Of a stretch of DNA of 64,000 nt, positions 1-11,800 are shown piece by piece (position 1 is the first letter of the stretch; every line of letters starts with the position of its first letter). Location: the NCBI GenBank assembly GCA_001599295.1, contig BCGN01000001.1, positions 558,001-622,000 on the forward strand, written 5' to 3'. The notes below the pieces were generated by a model. The model was not told the origin of the DNA, made no database searches, and saw only the letters and a list, made by a program, of their open reading frames with translations. The translations under genes and the position numbers were made by a program. The stretch is from Sporopachydermia quercuum. Taxonomy: Eukaryota.

Positions 1-3000
1 AGAATACAATGTATTCTAATGATAATGAATAAGCATTGAACAAGTTTTCATTTATTGTTTCTTCATTAGCACCATTTTCTTTACTCTGTTCATACTCTTT
101 CAAATTTTCAATAAAATCATTATGATGAGCAATCATATGAATTAACCTTGCAAACGAATGCTCAAATACTGTTTGCTTCTCTTTAGTTAATCGTTGACTA
201 TAAGATTGAATCCAAGTTTTTACATTTCTTTTCAACTCGACATCTGGTTCATGAGCAGCAAAGAAAATCACAGGGAAATAACGGTCAGATATTAAATTAT
301 TGTTGATATATCTCTCGAATGTTTTTATGAATATTGATCTTACTTCGGAACATTCGTCTTGAATAATGAATAAAAGCCTGGCAAGATGCTGAGGACGAAT
401 CATTTCATTGTAAACAGGAATTTTAGCTAGTTTCAATACTAATAACCCCGCTGTTAATCTTAAATGTGATTGATAGTGTGGTGGTGTAACACCAAACCTT
501 GCAGGAACAATTTCTCCACCATTTCCAATCAATGATATCAATAATTTGAATACAGAAGGGGCCAATTTCTCTGCAGCTTCTGATTCACTACTAGCTCGAA
601 GTCTATTGACAAATAAACGCAAACCAGCAATTTTTGCTTTACACTCTTGATCAAGAGAGGAAATTTCAACCCAATTGACTGATTCAGATGATTCAGACGA
701 TGGAGAATTATCTTTTCGTTCGTTTTTCAATAATAGTTCTTTGATGATATAGTTAGTTAATTCTCCAGCATATTCTTCAATCAGTTCAGGTATAGTCAGA
801 AACATTGTACCTAAAGCTGTTAGTTTACTTGAAAAAGCGACTACCGATTTATCAAGAGGAAAACAATTTTCGATAATTTCAGAACAATAACATTCCTTGT
901 CGGGTAATAAACAGAGGATTTTCACTGCATGCTTAGCTTCTTTTTCATTGCCAAGCAAAGCAAACTGTTGAATTTTAGCAATGCATTCTTTTATCTCATC
1001 TTTATTCAAAGCTTGATTTTCATTAGTAGGTGAAACGATATCAGTTGTCAAGAAGTTATCAGGAAATTGTCTGGCGAATAATAAAAGAGCCTTTAGAGTA
1101 CTAGTTGTATCGTCTTTACCAGGTGTTCTGTTGATGATTAATTTGACCAAATCAACAGTATGAGTTCTGAAAACTTGAGGTAAAACACTAGAAATATTTT
1201 TGATTAACTCATTAGCAGTTTCTTGAAAAGAATCATCCTTTTGATTTGATATATGAATTATTCCTGATATATTGCTTCTATTGTAGAACAGATTGGATGC
1301 TTGATAGGTAAGTAATTGGAACACAGTGGAGATATTTTTGTTACTTTCATCGAGTCTTGAGAAGAGTTCTTTTAACGATTTGACAACTAAGGTATAATCA
1401 CTTTCAGGACTTATACAATGTTTTATCAATTTGTGAAGTCTTTTATTGTCTAATCGTAGGAAATCTGACAAAGCATCGTCGACGTTCATATCATTAGGAC
1501 AAACAAAAGCTAGGGTTTTTGATAAAAGCTTGTACTTTTTGTTTAATTCATCAATGGGTGGCTGATCCGTTAACTGTTTAGCATTCAGAGCTTCACAAGT
1601 GTCAATGAGCTGTAATATATAGTCAGCTAACTGTTTCTGTAAGGAACATGCTTTATAAAAAGCGATTTGAGCTTTAGAATCCAAGTTCTTCAATACTTTC
1701 AATAATCTATTTACTCTGGTTTCATTTGTTGTATCAAATGGTAGTAATTTTTCCCTTAAGGCTTTAGCAACTAAAGCATTGATCTGTTTATCGTTGATAT
1801 ACACCAGGTTCAATAACACTGACGGGATTTGACCCAGCAGTTGATCTAATTGATCATCACCATCATATAATTGCCAGAAAGCACCATCGTATAATTCAGC
1901 TAAAACCTCAATGGCAGCATTTCTTACTAGTAAACTTCTATCTCTCGTTAAAGCTTGAATATTTGAGATTAATTCTTTACTGCGTATTTTGTTAACAATC
2001 GAATTAGAACCAAGACGAGAAACAGTTCTACAAGCTGTTAACCTCACTTTTTCATCCTTATCTACTAATGAATTAACAAATCCATTGACAGTTTCTTTAA
2101 CAGGTATAGAATCAGGTAATTTCGTCATTGGATTTACAGCTTCATCTGCCCATACTTCTCTAACAACCGGTGAAGAATCATGAAATTTATTTACCCATTT
2201 AATAAAAATATCCTTATTCTCAATGTAAAACTTATAATTTGAACCAGTAATGCCTAATATTTGACCCACTGTTCTTGTTGCTAATACTCTGATATTCATA
2301 TCATCAACCGATAACTCAGTATCAAGTATCCCTAATGTTGAAGATAAAACATCAGGACAATTTCTCCATAATTCTACTACCAATCTATGCCCTCTTGTTA
2401 GATTTTCTAATGCCTTTTTATCATCTATAGATTTATCTGGATTGGCATTGGAATCAATGATTTCTGAAAAATATTGTGTAACTTTCCTCGATAGTTTGTC
2501 AGTAGAGTTTTCACAAATGGACTTTGATAAATTCAGTCCAGGATTTTTGATTGCCATNAGTATTGAATTGCTTTGGCTGTTTTGATCTGATTTCTGTTTG
2601 GATTTTTTGTTTGAACTTGAATTCAAACTACTCGTTGCTTCAGTTCCTTTCATGAACTGAGAAAGTATAAGATTCATTACTTCTTGAGGAATATCTTCAG
2701 ATTCGTCAATAACAGAGGTTAATAAATCAACAACTAAAGGTTCGACTAACTTTGGAAACCCTTTATTTGCTGTTTCATAGAACACAGTAAAGCATTTCGT
2801 AATTAATGCCTCAGAATTCGGCACATCTGTTATAAGTACTATACTTCTAACTTCAGTCAACATTTGCAGAGCATGGAAATACTGTCTCCAATAGGTCAAT
2901 TCCTCATTAGATAAGTTTGGAAACTGATCGAATATGAAATTAAAAATCTCTGACAACTTCTTAGCATCATAAGGAGCATCAGGCGCGTATAAACGAAGTA

Positions 3001-3250
3001 TCTCTGTAATACAGCAAGCGGCATAAGCTCTAACTCCTGAGTCTCTATGTTCTAATATGTTCTTTTCAACTAATTCTTTGGCCACATTAGCCAGACTTTT
3101 AATGTCAGTGCTATCCTGATCGAGATTGTTGAGTTCTTCGTGAAGCTTCCTTAATCTTTGTAGAACATCTTTGGCAACTATATGCTTTCCAGCCCTGGGG
3201 ACAATCTTCTGATTGAACTTAAGCTTTTGTAGGGAACTTCGAGTAACCAT
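1..3250 (-). CDS. PDS5: Cohesin-associated HEAT-repeat protein Pds5 (3' end runs off the left edge of the window)
   Basis: Missing from the ORF track because no stop lies in the window. ATG at 3250 gives MVTRSSLQKLKFNQKIV...LQRLRKLHEEL...VRAYAACCITEILRLYAPDAPY, the Pds5 N-terminal motif. The same frame near position 1 reads ...FVRLIHMIAHH..., also Pds5-like. Confidence 0.93.
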   Translation of the reverse strand, partial: MVTRSSLQKLKFNQKIVPRAGKHIVAKDVLQRLRKLHEELNNLDQDSTDIKSLANVAKELVEKNILEHRDSGVRAYAACCITEILRLYAPDAPYDAKKLSEIFNFIFDQFPNLSNEELTYWRQYFHALQMLTEVRSIVLITDVPNSEALITKCFTVFYETANKGFPKLVEPLVVDLLTSVIDESEDIPQEVMNLILSQFMKGTEATSSLNSSSNKKSKQKSDQNSQSNSIXMAIKNPGLNLSKSICENSTDKLSRKVTQYFSEIIDSNANPDKSIDDKKALENLTRGHRLVVELWRNCPDVLSSTLGILDTELSVDDMNIRVLATRTVGQILGITGSNYKFYIENKDIFIKWVNKFHDSSPVVREVWADEAVNPMTKLPDSIPVKETVNGFVNSLVDKDEKVRLTACRTVSRLGSNSIVNKIRSKELISNIQALTRDRSLLVRNAAIEVLAELYDGAFWQLYDGDDQLDQLLGQIPSVLLNLVYINDKQINALVAKALREKLLPFDTTNETRVNRLLKVLKNLDSKAQIAFYKACSLQKQLADYILQLIDTCEALNAKQLTDQPPIDELNKKYKLLSKTLAFVCPNDMNVDDALSDFLRLDNKRLHKLIKHCISPESDYTLVVKSLKELFSRLDESNKNISTVFQLLTYQASNLFYNRSNISGIIHISNQKDDSFQETANELIKNISSVLPQVFRTHTVDLVKLIINRTPGKDDTTSTLKALLLFARQFPDNFLTTDIVSPTNENQALNKDEIKECIAKIQQFALLGNEKEAKHAVKILCLLPDKECYCSEIIENCFPLDKSVVAFSSKLTALGTMFLTIPELIEEYAGELTNYIIKELLLKNERKDNSPSSESSESVNWVEISSLDQECKAKIAGLRLFVNRLRASSESEAAEKLAPSVFKLLISLIGNGGEIVPARFGVTPPHYQSHLRLTAGLLVLKLAKIPVYNEMIRPQHLARLLFIIQDECSEVRSIFIKTFERYINNNLISDRYFPVIFFAAHEPDVELKRNVKTWIQSYSQRLTKEKQTVFEHSFARLIHMIAHHNDFIENLKEYEQSKENGANEETINENLFNAYSLSLEYIVF

Positions 3251-3607
3251 TGTGAGGAAATTATGACACTATGATTTCTAGACACATACACAAAAAACAC
3301 GTTCAAATTCACGTATAGGAATGCAATTTTCCAATAAGTTTTCCAGTCATTTGAAGTATTAACAGCTAAAGCCGATTGATCGTTCAATAGTACATAGATG
3401 TTGCTATTTGTATGTATGCCTGATCTATCTACGTCACACCCAATGAAATCTGTCATACAGAACTTCCAAAGCACTGTCAATCACCTTTTGAATACCCTAC
3501 AATTTCGATAGGTTCGCCACAGCAGAGAACTAGCTCGTCTTTAGTTAGATCACTGGTTCTTTATCATTTGTTTTACTTGCCTTTTCATTTGCCTTTTCTC
3601 TCAATTG

Positions 3608-3613
3608 ACGCGT
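3608..3613. promoter_or_regulatory. MCB element (ACGCGT) upstream of PDS5
   Basis: Perfect ACGCGT about 360 bp upstream of the PDS5 ATG. Cohesin genes are classic MBF (G1/S) targets in yeasts. Confidence 0.6.
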
Positions 3614-3721
3614 GAAGACCTTTTGTTAATTTCAAAAAAACCAACTTCTTTCGTGTTTGTACTCAATTCATATATCTAGATTTGAAAGGAGACTTAATGT
3701 TTATCTTTATCATCAAAACAA

Positions 3722-3741
3722 TAGGGTTCAGAATCACGTGA
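3722..3741. promoter_or_regulatory. Tbf1-like TAGGGTT next to a Cbf1-type TCACGTGA site
   Basis: TAGGGTT at 3722-3728 and palindromic TCACGTGA at 3734-3741, in intergenic DNA. Confidence 0.4.
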
Positions 3742-4270
3742 TAATTATTATCTTCTATTTAAGATTTTAAGCATTGTTCTCCACATTTCATTTCTAAACT
3801 CTATTTCCCTTAAACTTCGTTTAAGAAACCGTTTTTGAATAGATAGTTCGCAATATGGTTATGGTAAATGAGCCCTAGAACTTCATATATATAGAAGAAA
3901 GAACCCCTTATTCCTGAACGTTGATTTATCTGATTGATTGAACCGCTGTGAGTAGTGNTCTTACTTATATTAGTATGCAATTTGATTTATAGTAGTTAAT
4001 CAGAAAATGTGGTTGGGGGACTGTATGATATAACATTGCTATAGTAGTGTTTTCAAAATACAAAACAATGAGAGATAAATTATTAAAATGCAAATATGTT
4101 AACAATTTATTGTCTGATTTGTTGTTGCCATCATGATACAGGTCTATACAGGGTGAAAAAAAGTAGGTAAATAAAGGGTGATGTAATGGCAGGTTACCCA
4201 TGATAATGAAAGAAGAATCGAGGTAAATTGAGTGACATGGACCCAGTCTATCACATTCAGTTATTGAATG

Positions 4271-5335
4271 CTATGCTGAAAGCGACTTAATAGCGGTCGA
4301 GCTACTACTTTGACTGCCAAATGCTTTTGATTTGTGATCATTTACCTTATCGTCATACTCAATTGAATCAATATTGAACTCTCCTTTTTCAAGGTCGAGT
4401 TCCGGAGTTCCAATGTGAGGAATTGAGCGCTTGATATTTGATTGAATTCTCACCACACGAGAATCCATTTCAAGTTCTGGTTGTTCATCTTGAACATCAT
4501 ATTCAGGGAGATTTTGATCTCTGTTGTCTCGTTCAACAACTTTAATGTGGAGATAAAAAGGTACTAGCAACGTGAACAAAGCACCACCTATTATATTTCC
4601 TAATGCTACTGGTATAATACTATTGTAAATGTACTTCCCAACTGATACATCTGCTCCATTCACCAAACCAACTGGAATCAGGAACATATCAGCCACAACA
4701 TGATCTAAACCAGTCGCCACAAACGAGAATATAGGGAGAACAATCATAAGAAATTTGGTAGCCAAAGGTTTAGCCATTATTGAAAGGTAAATGGCAAGGC
4801 ACACTAACCAATTACAGCCAATACCTCGCAAAAGATTATTATACCATGTAACGTCAATCTTTCCAATAGCTATTTCTTGAGATGCTTGAACGAACTGTTG
4901 TGATGTTGTGAGACCAGCATAATGTGATATTAGATAAATGTATACTAGCGAACCGCCTAAGTTTCCAAAAAAGGATACAAACCAAGATTTCAATAAATCA
5001 AAAATTGTGGTTTGTCCGCGAAGGCATCCCATTGTAAAGAAAAGAATGTTCGAATTAAAAAGATCAACACCTGTAACAACAACATAAAATAATCCTATTG
5101 GAAACACTAGCCCTTGAATCAGTTTTACCATGGATGGGTTATTTTCCATTATTTCTGGAGCACCTGCTTCTGTCATTAGATACAGCATACCCCCGACTGA
5201 TAAAAAAAGACCCGCTAGAACACTGTTCAAAAATAGTGTCTCAATCCTCAGCCTCTTTTTCTTCAAAGCAGTAGCAGCTACTGCTAATGCTGTTTCGTGC
5301 GGTGTTAGGTAGTAAGTATCTTGTTCGATTGACAT
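4271..5335 (-). CDS. Formate/nitrite transporter (FNT) family channel, YHL008C-like, 354 aa
   Basis: The first ATG is at 5335 (the track start at 5398 is not ATG). Motifs YLTPHETALAV, FPIGLFYVVVTGVDLFNSN, GIGCNWLVCLA, GLDHVVADMF and GNIIGG match the FNT family. Confidence 0.9.
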   Translation of the reverse strand: MSIEQDTYYLTPHETALAVAATALKKKRLRIETLFLNSVLAGLFLSVGGMLYLMTEAGAPEIMENNPSMVKLIQGLVFPIGLFYVVVTGVDLFNSNILFFTMGCLRGQTTIFDLLKSWFVSFFGNLGGSLVYIYLISHYAGLTTSQQFVQASQEIAIGKIDVTWYNNLLRGIGCNWLVCLAIYLSIMAKPLATKFLMIVLPIFSFVATGLDHVVADMFLIPVGLVNGADVSVGKYIYNSIIPVALGNIIGGALFTLLVPFYLHIKVVERDNRDQNLPEYDVQDEQPELEMDSRVVRIQSNIKRSIPHIGTPELDLEKGEFNIDSIEYDDKVNDHKSKAFGSQSSSSTAIKSLSA

Positions 5336-6738
5336 GGTGGTGAAGAGATTCTGTTGAAGATCTAATGCTTTNCTCCAATTAGTTGCCGTTAGAACCAAAA
5401 TCTATAAATCATTAAATAACAAAAGTAGTTTGATATCGATCTGCTTGTCGAATTAGCATGAGACAGCTGCTACTTGTTTTCAGTGAAACCTGATTTTTTC
5501 TTCAATTGTTCTTGTTGAAAGAACAGTTTGATACTTCATTAAGAGTAAGTGATTCAAGTTGCTGAACTGAAAAGACTATCCCAATTTGACATTTGTTCAT
5601 GAATGATTCCCAAAACTAAATGAATGAAGCTACTAAGGAAAAAGTTCACCAAGAACAAATATATCGGGTTGTATAACCGTTCTAGTAATGTTTAACCTTT
5701 ACCAAGCATTCATTATCTATCTTATGTTCGTATTGTATTATTTACATGGAGCTTAACCAAATTATTATTCCTTCTGAACTATAATTCGATCATATAGAAC
5801 TTTGTCCTTACTTTTCACGGGTAACGGCTTGCATCTGAAATGCGGCTGAATCAATCTAAGTAACAGCCATTTTATGTAGAAGTTTACTTGCTAATGCATG
5901 AGGAAGTTGACCGAGATGTAAGTGATATAATATGTATTCTGCTCATTCGTGCAATTATCACAAAATTGGCCATCTTTGATGAATATTTTTAGGACACTCA
6001 TTTGCTCTTTGATGAAAAATTAGCCTTGTTGATCGTATTGTCTTTTTAACAATCATTAGTGAATATTAAAACTTTCATGCTACATTCTGCTCTTTCTCCC
6101 TCTTCTAAGAGTTCTTCTTTCTCAATGAAAAAATACAATGTAGCGGATGTTTTAACCTAAAAAGGAAGAGTTAAATGGAGCGGTTATATGCACAATTATG
6201 CAAAGAAAGTTAAGACTATCTCTTTTTCGATTATGTAACCTTAAAAAGGTATAAGAAAAAAGGAACAGATAAAAGAGTTAAAATGAATAAAAACGAGCTG
6301 GTAAACAATGGCGATTAACGATATGCTATTATGAGCCAAATGCGCTTAGTTGCCTCAAGTGGTAAAATACCTTAGTAGACAATGCAGTTTCCTTGAATGG
6401 CTTTTCTTAATTATTGATTGACTTATTTTTCCGATTTCGAGTGATTTGAGTGTTCTAGTTAAGTAATGAATAAGTTAATGTTGACTAGCTAATAGTACCC
6501 ACTTATCTACTACTAAACATAATTTTTCCTTTTTATACGTATACACAGGATTAATAATATTACTGTTTGCCCGATCTACTAACTTGTTGCAGTTTTTTCG
6601 ATAATAGAATCGCTATTTGAACGACTGCTAACTTTGAAATGCCTCTCTAAAAATTTCACCTACTGAATCAAGTGTAGTGTATCAGTAGGCACATCCACCG
6701 AAAAGGTGAATACCTTGCTAATTATGTTCAAACTGATG

Positions 6739-7563
6739 CTAGAGTAGGCTCAGAATTATATTCCAACACAAGTTGAGAATGCAAGAACAGGGAAAAATTA
6801 GGCGTGGATGTAGAATTGCAAAGGATAGAAATGAGAAGAAAGGCCATATGTAATACGACAGAATTAATGTTGCCAGATAATTCTAAAACTGCAGTTAGTT
6901 ATTCAGCTCAGCTTGCACTATAAAAAATCAAATCAGCACATTAGCTATTATTGCTACGTAATAGTGAAATCGAAAACATACCTTTCTGAAAGCTGGCCCT
7001 ATTTTATGGTCGTTCCAAAAAGCATTGAGGAATGTGAATAATGATACAGAAATTGGATTCATCACACATTGATCAGCAGCAACAGATAAGAGAACAGGAT
7101 ATTCTTTTGCACATAGATATTCATACCAGGAAGACTAAACAACAATTAGTATTTCAATTATTCTCACTTTACTTTATCTCAACTCATACAACATCAACTC
7201 TTTCAACTTTTCACTTATACTTACTGATAGGATACCATTGGCAACTCCCCAAACCCAGAAAAACAGTATTTGAGAGAAATTTGGTGCTTCAGATTTTAAA
7301 ACTTGGATAGATGTTTGAGCAATTAATGAGGTGATACCTCCCAGTAAAGCTGCATATCCTAGTTTATATTCTTCACNTAATATTCTGTGATTCTTCAAAA
7401 TGAGATATCCACCGAACAAAAATACCGAAAGTAACAGTATTAAAACCGTATGAAGGCCTGATCTTGAAGGTGATGCCTTTTGATCTCCTTTATGCAAAGG
7501 CAGATATTCACTTTTCTCATCTGACTTTTTGGCCTTCGCCTGTGCATCTAAGCTTTCACTCAT
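6739..7563 (-). CDS. Mpv17/PMP22 family membrane protein, 211 aa; exons 7563-7225, 7134-6982, 6882-6739
   Basis: Intron 1 (7224-7135) is GTAAGT...TACTAAT-10nt-TAG and intron 2 (6981-6883) is GTATGT...AACTAAC-11nt-TAG. The spliced frame reads ...WGVANGILS|SSWYEYL...AADQCVMNP...FRK|NYLATLILSYYIWPFFSFLSF...WNIILSLL*, with the DQxxxxP and WP motifs of the family. Confidence 0.82.
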
Positions 7564-8376
7564 TTTGTATGCAATACCGTAGCTACAGCAATTGCCTTCA
7601 CTAATCGCGCATATAGCTCCGCGTTATCTTATGAATTCTATTCTATCTACTTTCGGACCAAAAACTTCAAACACAACGTTTCAATAATGCAGTGTCTATA
7701 TCGATTAAATAAGCACTTTTCTTCTATGAACTTTTCTTCCCTCCCTTCTGCTAATACTCGTTTTCAATTGCTTTCATTAATGCTTCAGTCTTCAATCAAG
7801 ATCATTGATCATCCCTTTTCTCTAATTTCCGTTTTGATCTCCCATTACAATGTGTGTCCTTTCTCCTCCTAACCTATGTCTTTAATCTCACTTCAAACGT
7901 AAATAGGCAACTATTCTATTTTGCCTGTCAGTTTTTCCATTTCACAACCTATACAAAGTATACTTTCTACCAAGGCGCGTCATGCAGTTTCTNATATCAT
8001 TTGCCAAAAGCGTTTATTTGGAAATCAGATCTCAGATCTGCCCTCCAATTTCATCCAGTATATCCTATCAAACCATAAAGCAATAAAGTGTATTAATTAG
8101 TCCCATAACAGGGATGCACATAAATGAGATATTATCAGTACTCATTTAATGATGGTGTAATGTTTAATTGATCAGTATGCAGCTATTTTACATTAACGGC
8201 TGATGGCTCATAACTACGGGAAAGAATGATTTGCCTGTTAACTTGATTGTAGATATTCTATTGTTCACAAAAATTAAATTACACATTTTGATACGTAGTT
8301 GAACATCTACGTCAGGTACCTCATTATATTTGTATTCATTGTTCCACACATCCATAACTATATTTTAAACAAAATT

Positions 8377-10947
8377 CTAGGAGTCAAATCCTTCTGGAAC
8401 ACCCTTAGCATGTCTTACATTATTAAATCCACCAATAAATGCACCTCCCATTTGAAGCGACCACGCATATTTGTGATTTTCAACATCTCGTATTACTTTG
8501 TATGCCGACATTGAGGAATAGCCCATTCCTGTTCTAGGATCATAATATGTAGCTGGAGTACCAGTAATAACGCATCTTTTATTCTGCTCAATTTCAGCAG
8601 TCGAGCTCAGCCCTCCTGTTGCAGCGTTGCTAGTTATTAAGACGCTTGACTCTCTAGATGATTCTCTTCCTGTAGCAGATTTCGTATCTTCTTTCATTAT
8701 CCTACTCTGAGTTGGTTGACGGCCTCCTTGATATGTAGCGCTTGCTTCAAAAGTACTGACAAAAGCTAAAGAAGGATCAAGTATTCTCTCCATTTTATTG
8801 ATTTCCTCAACTCTTCTGGATGCTGGAAGTACCGACTGAGGTCCAAATAACAGACTTTTGACTTGGGGCTCACTGATAGCATCTGGAAACTCCACCAGGT
8901 TGATTGTAGTATATTCCATTTTCAGGCTTGGTCCAAACACTATTGCGGGTTCTTCAATCTTTGGTTCTGTAAGTTCTCTCTTCTCATCACCATCAGATTT
9001 ATCATTAATTTCAGCAATTGTCTCTATCTTATTAGGTTCCGCATTGTTGTTCTTCTCATCAACAATAGTTGGTTCATTTCCTTTTACTAATTCATCTGCT
9101 TCCTTACTATCATCAGGATGTTCCTGTTTGGCTAATTGATTTGGCTCTGTTTCTGATTTGACTTGTATATTTTCTGTTTCGCTGGTTTCTTTAGGCTCAG
9201 CCTTTTCCTGCTTTGAAGTTTCCTCACTGGTTGATTCTAAAGACTCAACAGTGGTATGGCTGTTGATGGCAGTCACATCCTTTTGGTCTTCATCAATAGG
9301 ACTTGTAATGTCCTCACTGGCACGCTCCTTATCAGCATAGGACTCCTCANCAGTTCTTATTTCAGCGTAATTATTCGAGTTCAGATCTTCTTCCACTACT
9401 AATGTTTCGTCGTTATTATCAGTTCTCCTAGAAATATTTGACACTTGACTTGAGGGCAATTTCCCATTGGATTCAGCAACTGCAACCTCTATTTTCTCAT
9501 TCATATGTTCCAAATGTGTATTAATTTTATCTTCCTCCTCTATTTCCTGTTCGGCATCAATCTCTCTCTTTTTATCTTTATATGCTGTCGAAGCTTCTTC
9601 TCGGGTGTCATTGACTGTCTCATTATTATCACTTTTTCTATCATCATTGTTGTTATCATTATTTTTACTATCATTTTCAATATCTACTACACTATTGGTT
9701 CCACTCAGCTGTTGATCCTTATTAACCTGACTGTCTCGATCATCAGCATTAACGTTTTCTTCAGTATTACAATCCACCGGTTTATCAATTGTTCTACCCT
9801 CTGCTTCATTCTTTTCATTACTACCCTTCACAGTCTCCGTTTCATCACCTGTTTTGCTGCTTTTACCAACATCAACATCTGCTTTATCATCTCTACCACC
9901 TTCTTTCAAGGACTCGGTATCTTGGTCTTTCTCTGTGCCAAGGGTATTTGGCTCATCTGTTTTAATGACTGGTGGGTCAACAACTTTTGAAGTGGAAAGA
10001 AACCTGATAAACTGTGTCAAATGTTTCCGTTTAGCCAAAATTGCATTTCTCATTTTCTCCTTCTTAATCGTTTCTTGTTCTTTGAATTGAGTTAATGATA
10101 AAACATTATTCCTTTCCGTTATTTCTGCCTCTCGCAACCTATCCTCCTGTGTTAATGTAACATCTACTTCTTTCTTCAGATTAACATACCGAGATTTTCT
10201 CGACTCAAACTCTTTTAACCTCTCCGCAACTCTTTTTCTATTCGCGATAGTAGATGCCCTTGATGATGATCTTCTGCTGCTATCTAGCAAAGTAAGAGGT
10301 TTGGGTTTGGGTTTAGGTATGGGTTTCCTAGCTGTCGCATCAGCTTTCAAAATAGGTTTAATCTTAGGAATGTCAAACTTCTTTCGCTCTTTTGCTTTCG
10401 ACTGTCGAATTGACTTCTGTAGTTCACGTTCTCCTGCATCTTCCTGTTCTGAGTCTTCACTGTTCGAATCTGAATCTGAAAATATGTCATCATCATCCTC
10501 ATTGCCGTCATAGCCATCTGAACTTTCATTAACTTCATTAGGCGAACTACCTTCATCATTTGTGCCCTCAGCTGTCTCAGAAGCTGATTCTGAACCTGAT
10601 GCAGAACTTGTTACTTCGCTATCAGCATTTGAATCTAACACTGAAGGTTTGCTTTTACTCCTGCTCCTGCTTCTACTCCTACTTCTTCGCTTCCGTTTCA
10701 AGTTCTTCTGTCGAGCTTTTTCTTTCTCAGCTTCTATATCAAATTCCTCATCGTTTTCAACTTCCATGAAAATTCCATGTTCGTCTTCGTCATCTTTTGC
10801 TAATTCTCCAATAGGATTTTCGTGCTGAAGCAGGATTTTCAGCCTATTACCAGCATTTTTACGTCTTTGTCGGGTAGCTACTAAGGATTCATTAGGCTCG
10901 CCTGAGGATTCCCGCGAAGAGGGTAGCGACAGATCTAAATCAGACAT
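8377..10947 (-). CDS. VPS72: SWR1 complex subunit Vps72/Swc2 (YL1 family), 856 aa
   Basis: N-terminal SLVATRQRRKNAGNRL, central LTQEDRLREAEITERNN and C-terminal YL1-C motif CVITGTPATYYDPRTG. Confidence 0.92.
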   Translation of the reverse strand: MSDLDLSLPSSRESSGEPNESLVATRQRRKNAGNRLKILLQHENPIGELAKDDEDEHGIFMEVENDEEFDIEAEKEKARQKNLKRKRRSRSRSRSRSKSKPSVLDSNADSEVTSSASGSESASETAEGTNDEGSSPNEVNESSDGYDGNEDDDDIFSDSDSNSEDSEQEDAGERELQKSIRQSKAKERKKFDIPKIKPILKADATARKPIPKPKPKPLTLLDSSRRSSSRASTIANRKRVAERLKEFESRKSRYVNLKKEVDVTLTQEDRLREAEITERNNVLSLTQFKEQETIKKEKMRNAILAKRKHLTQFIRFLSTSKVVDPPVIKTDEPNTLGTEKDQDTESLKEGGRDDKADVDVGKSSKTGDETETVKGSNEKNEAEGRTIDKPVDCNTEENVNADDRDSQVNKDQQLSGTNSVVDIENDSKNNDNNNDDRKSDNNETVNDTREEASTAYKDKKREIDAEQEIEEEDKINTHLEHMNEKIEVAVAESNGKLPSSQVSNISRRTDNNDETLVVEEDLNSNNYAEIRTXEESYADKERASEDITSPIDEDQKDVTAINSHTTVESLESTSEETSKQEKAEPKETSETENIQVKSETEPNQLAKQEHPDDSKEADELVKGNEPTIVDEKNNNAEPNKIETIAEINDKSDGDEKRELTEPKIEEPAIVFGPSLKMEYTTINLVEFPDAISEPQVKSLLFGPQSVLPASRRVEEINKMERILDPSLAFVSTFEASATYQGGRQPTQSRIMKEDTKSATGRESSRESSVLITSNAATGGLSSTAEIEQNKRCVITGTPATYYDPRTGMGYSSMSAYKVIRDVENHKYAWSLQMGGAFIGGFNNVRHAKGVPEGFDS

Positions 10948-11800
10948 TTTGATAAATAGAAGTAAGTGAGAAACAAATAGGGTTCCTAATTCTTTAGATG
11001 TCGTTGATTGTTTAATTTCCCATTAATATTGATCCATCCTAATGAACACTATGGTAATCTGATCTTGATAGTAGGGCAGGTAACTTATGTGTATACACCA
11101 CATCTGGCATGTTGATTCTCTACTTGCAAACAAGCAATTTGATCAAGACAATCAAACTGCTGAAAGACTTAAAAATATTTATTCACCCACGAGTTTCTCT
11201 TAGATTTCTTTATTCCTTTGTTATTATGCATTATCAGCTGTTTAATTGTTCCTACTCATTGATGTGTAGGAAGAAGAGAGATTTTGAGGGGGACGTACAG
11301 GAGAATATACCAGTTTGCTAGGTACAAAACAGCAAACCGGAGAAGAAACTTACTGGTACATTATATAGTATCCGAATTTTTATTGTATGAAATGAATAAG
11401 AATGAGTGGTTAAAAGGAAATTAATATATGGGTTTATGAGAGATGAAGTTGTTATGAAGTTCAAAGTCTGTAATCCTACCTTGAAATACCAATATCTTTT
11501 CTATATTTCAAAAATATAAAGTGGTAGCTTGATTTGATCAAAGGGAATGACGATGTAACCTATCTTCTCCAGTTTAATCAATTCTGGAGATTATAGTACC
11601 ATCTAATTGCATAGTTTCCTGTTTTTTTACTATTCCTTCATTGATTGAGTACTTTCTATCCGATCAACCAACAATTCAAAGCACGAACATTTGAGAGAGT
11701 TAGTNCGGGTTAAATAACGAAACTTCCTCTTCTTAAGGAGAAAAGAAAACTGGCTGGAGGTATCACCATCTCTTAAATTTTTTTAACCAAACTTCAAGCC

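Noticed and set aside
6659..6690. ATCAAGTGTAGT matching part of U2 snRNA, inside a CCTACTGA/TCAGTAGG hairpin
   Set aside because: Only a 12-nt match; the flanking U2 sequence and stem I are absent.
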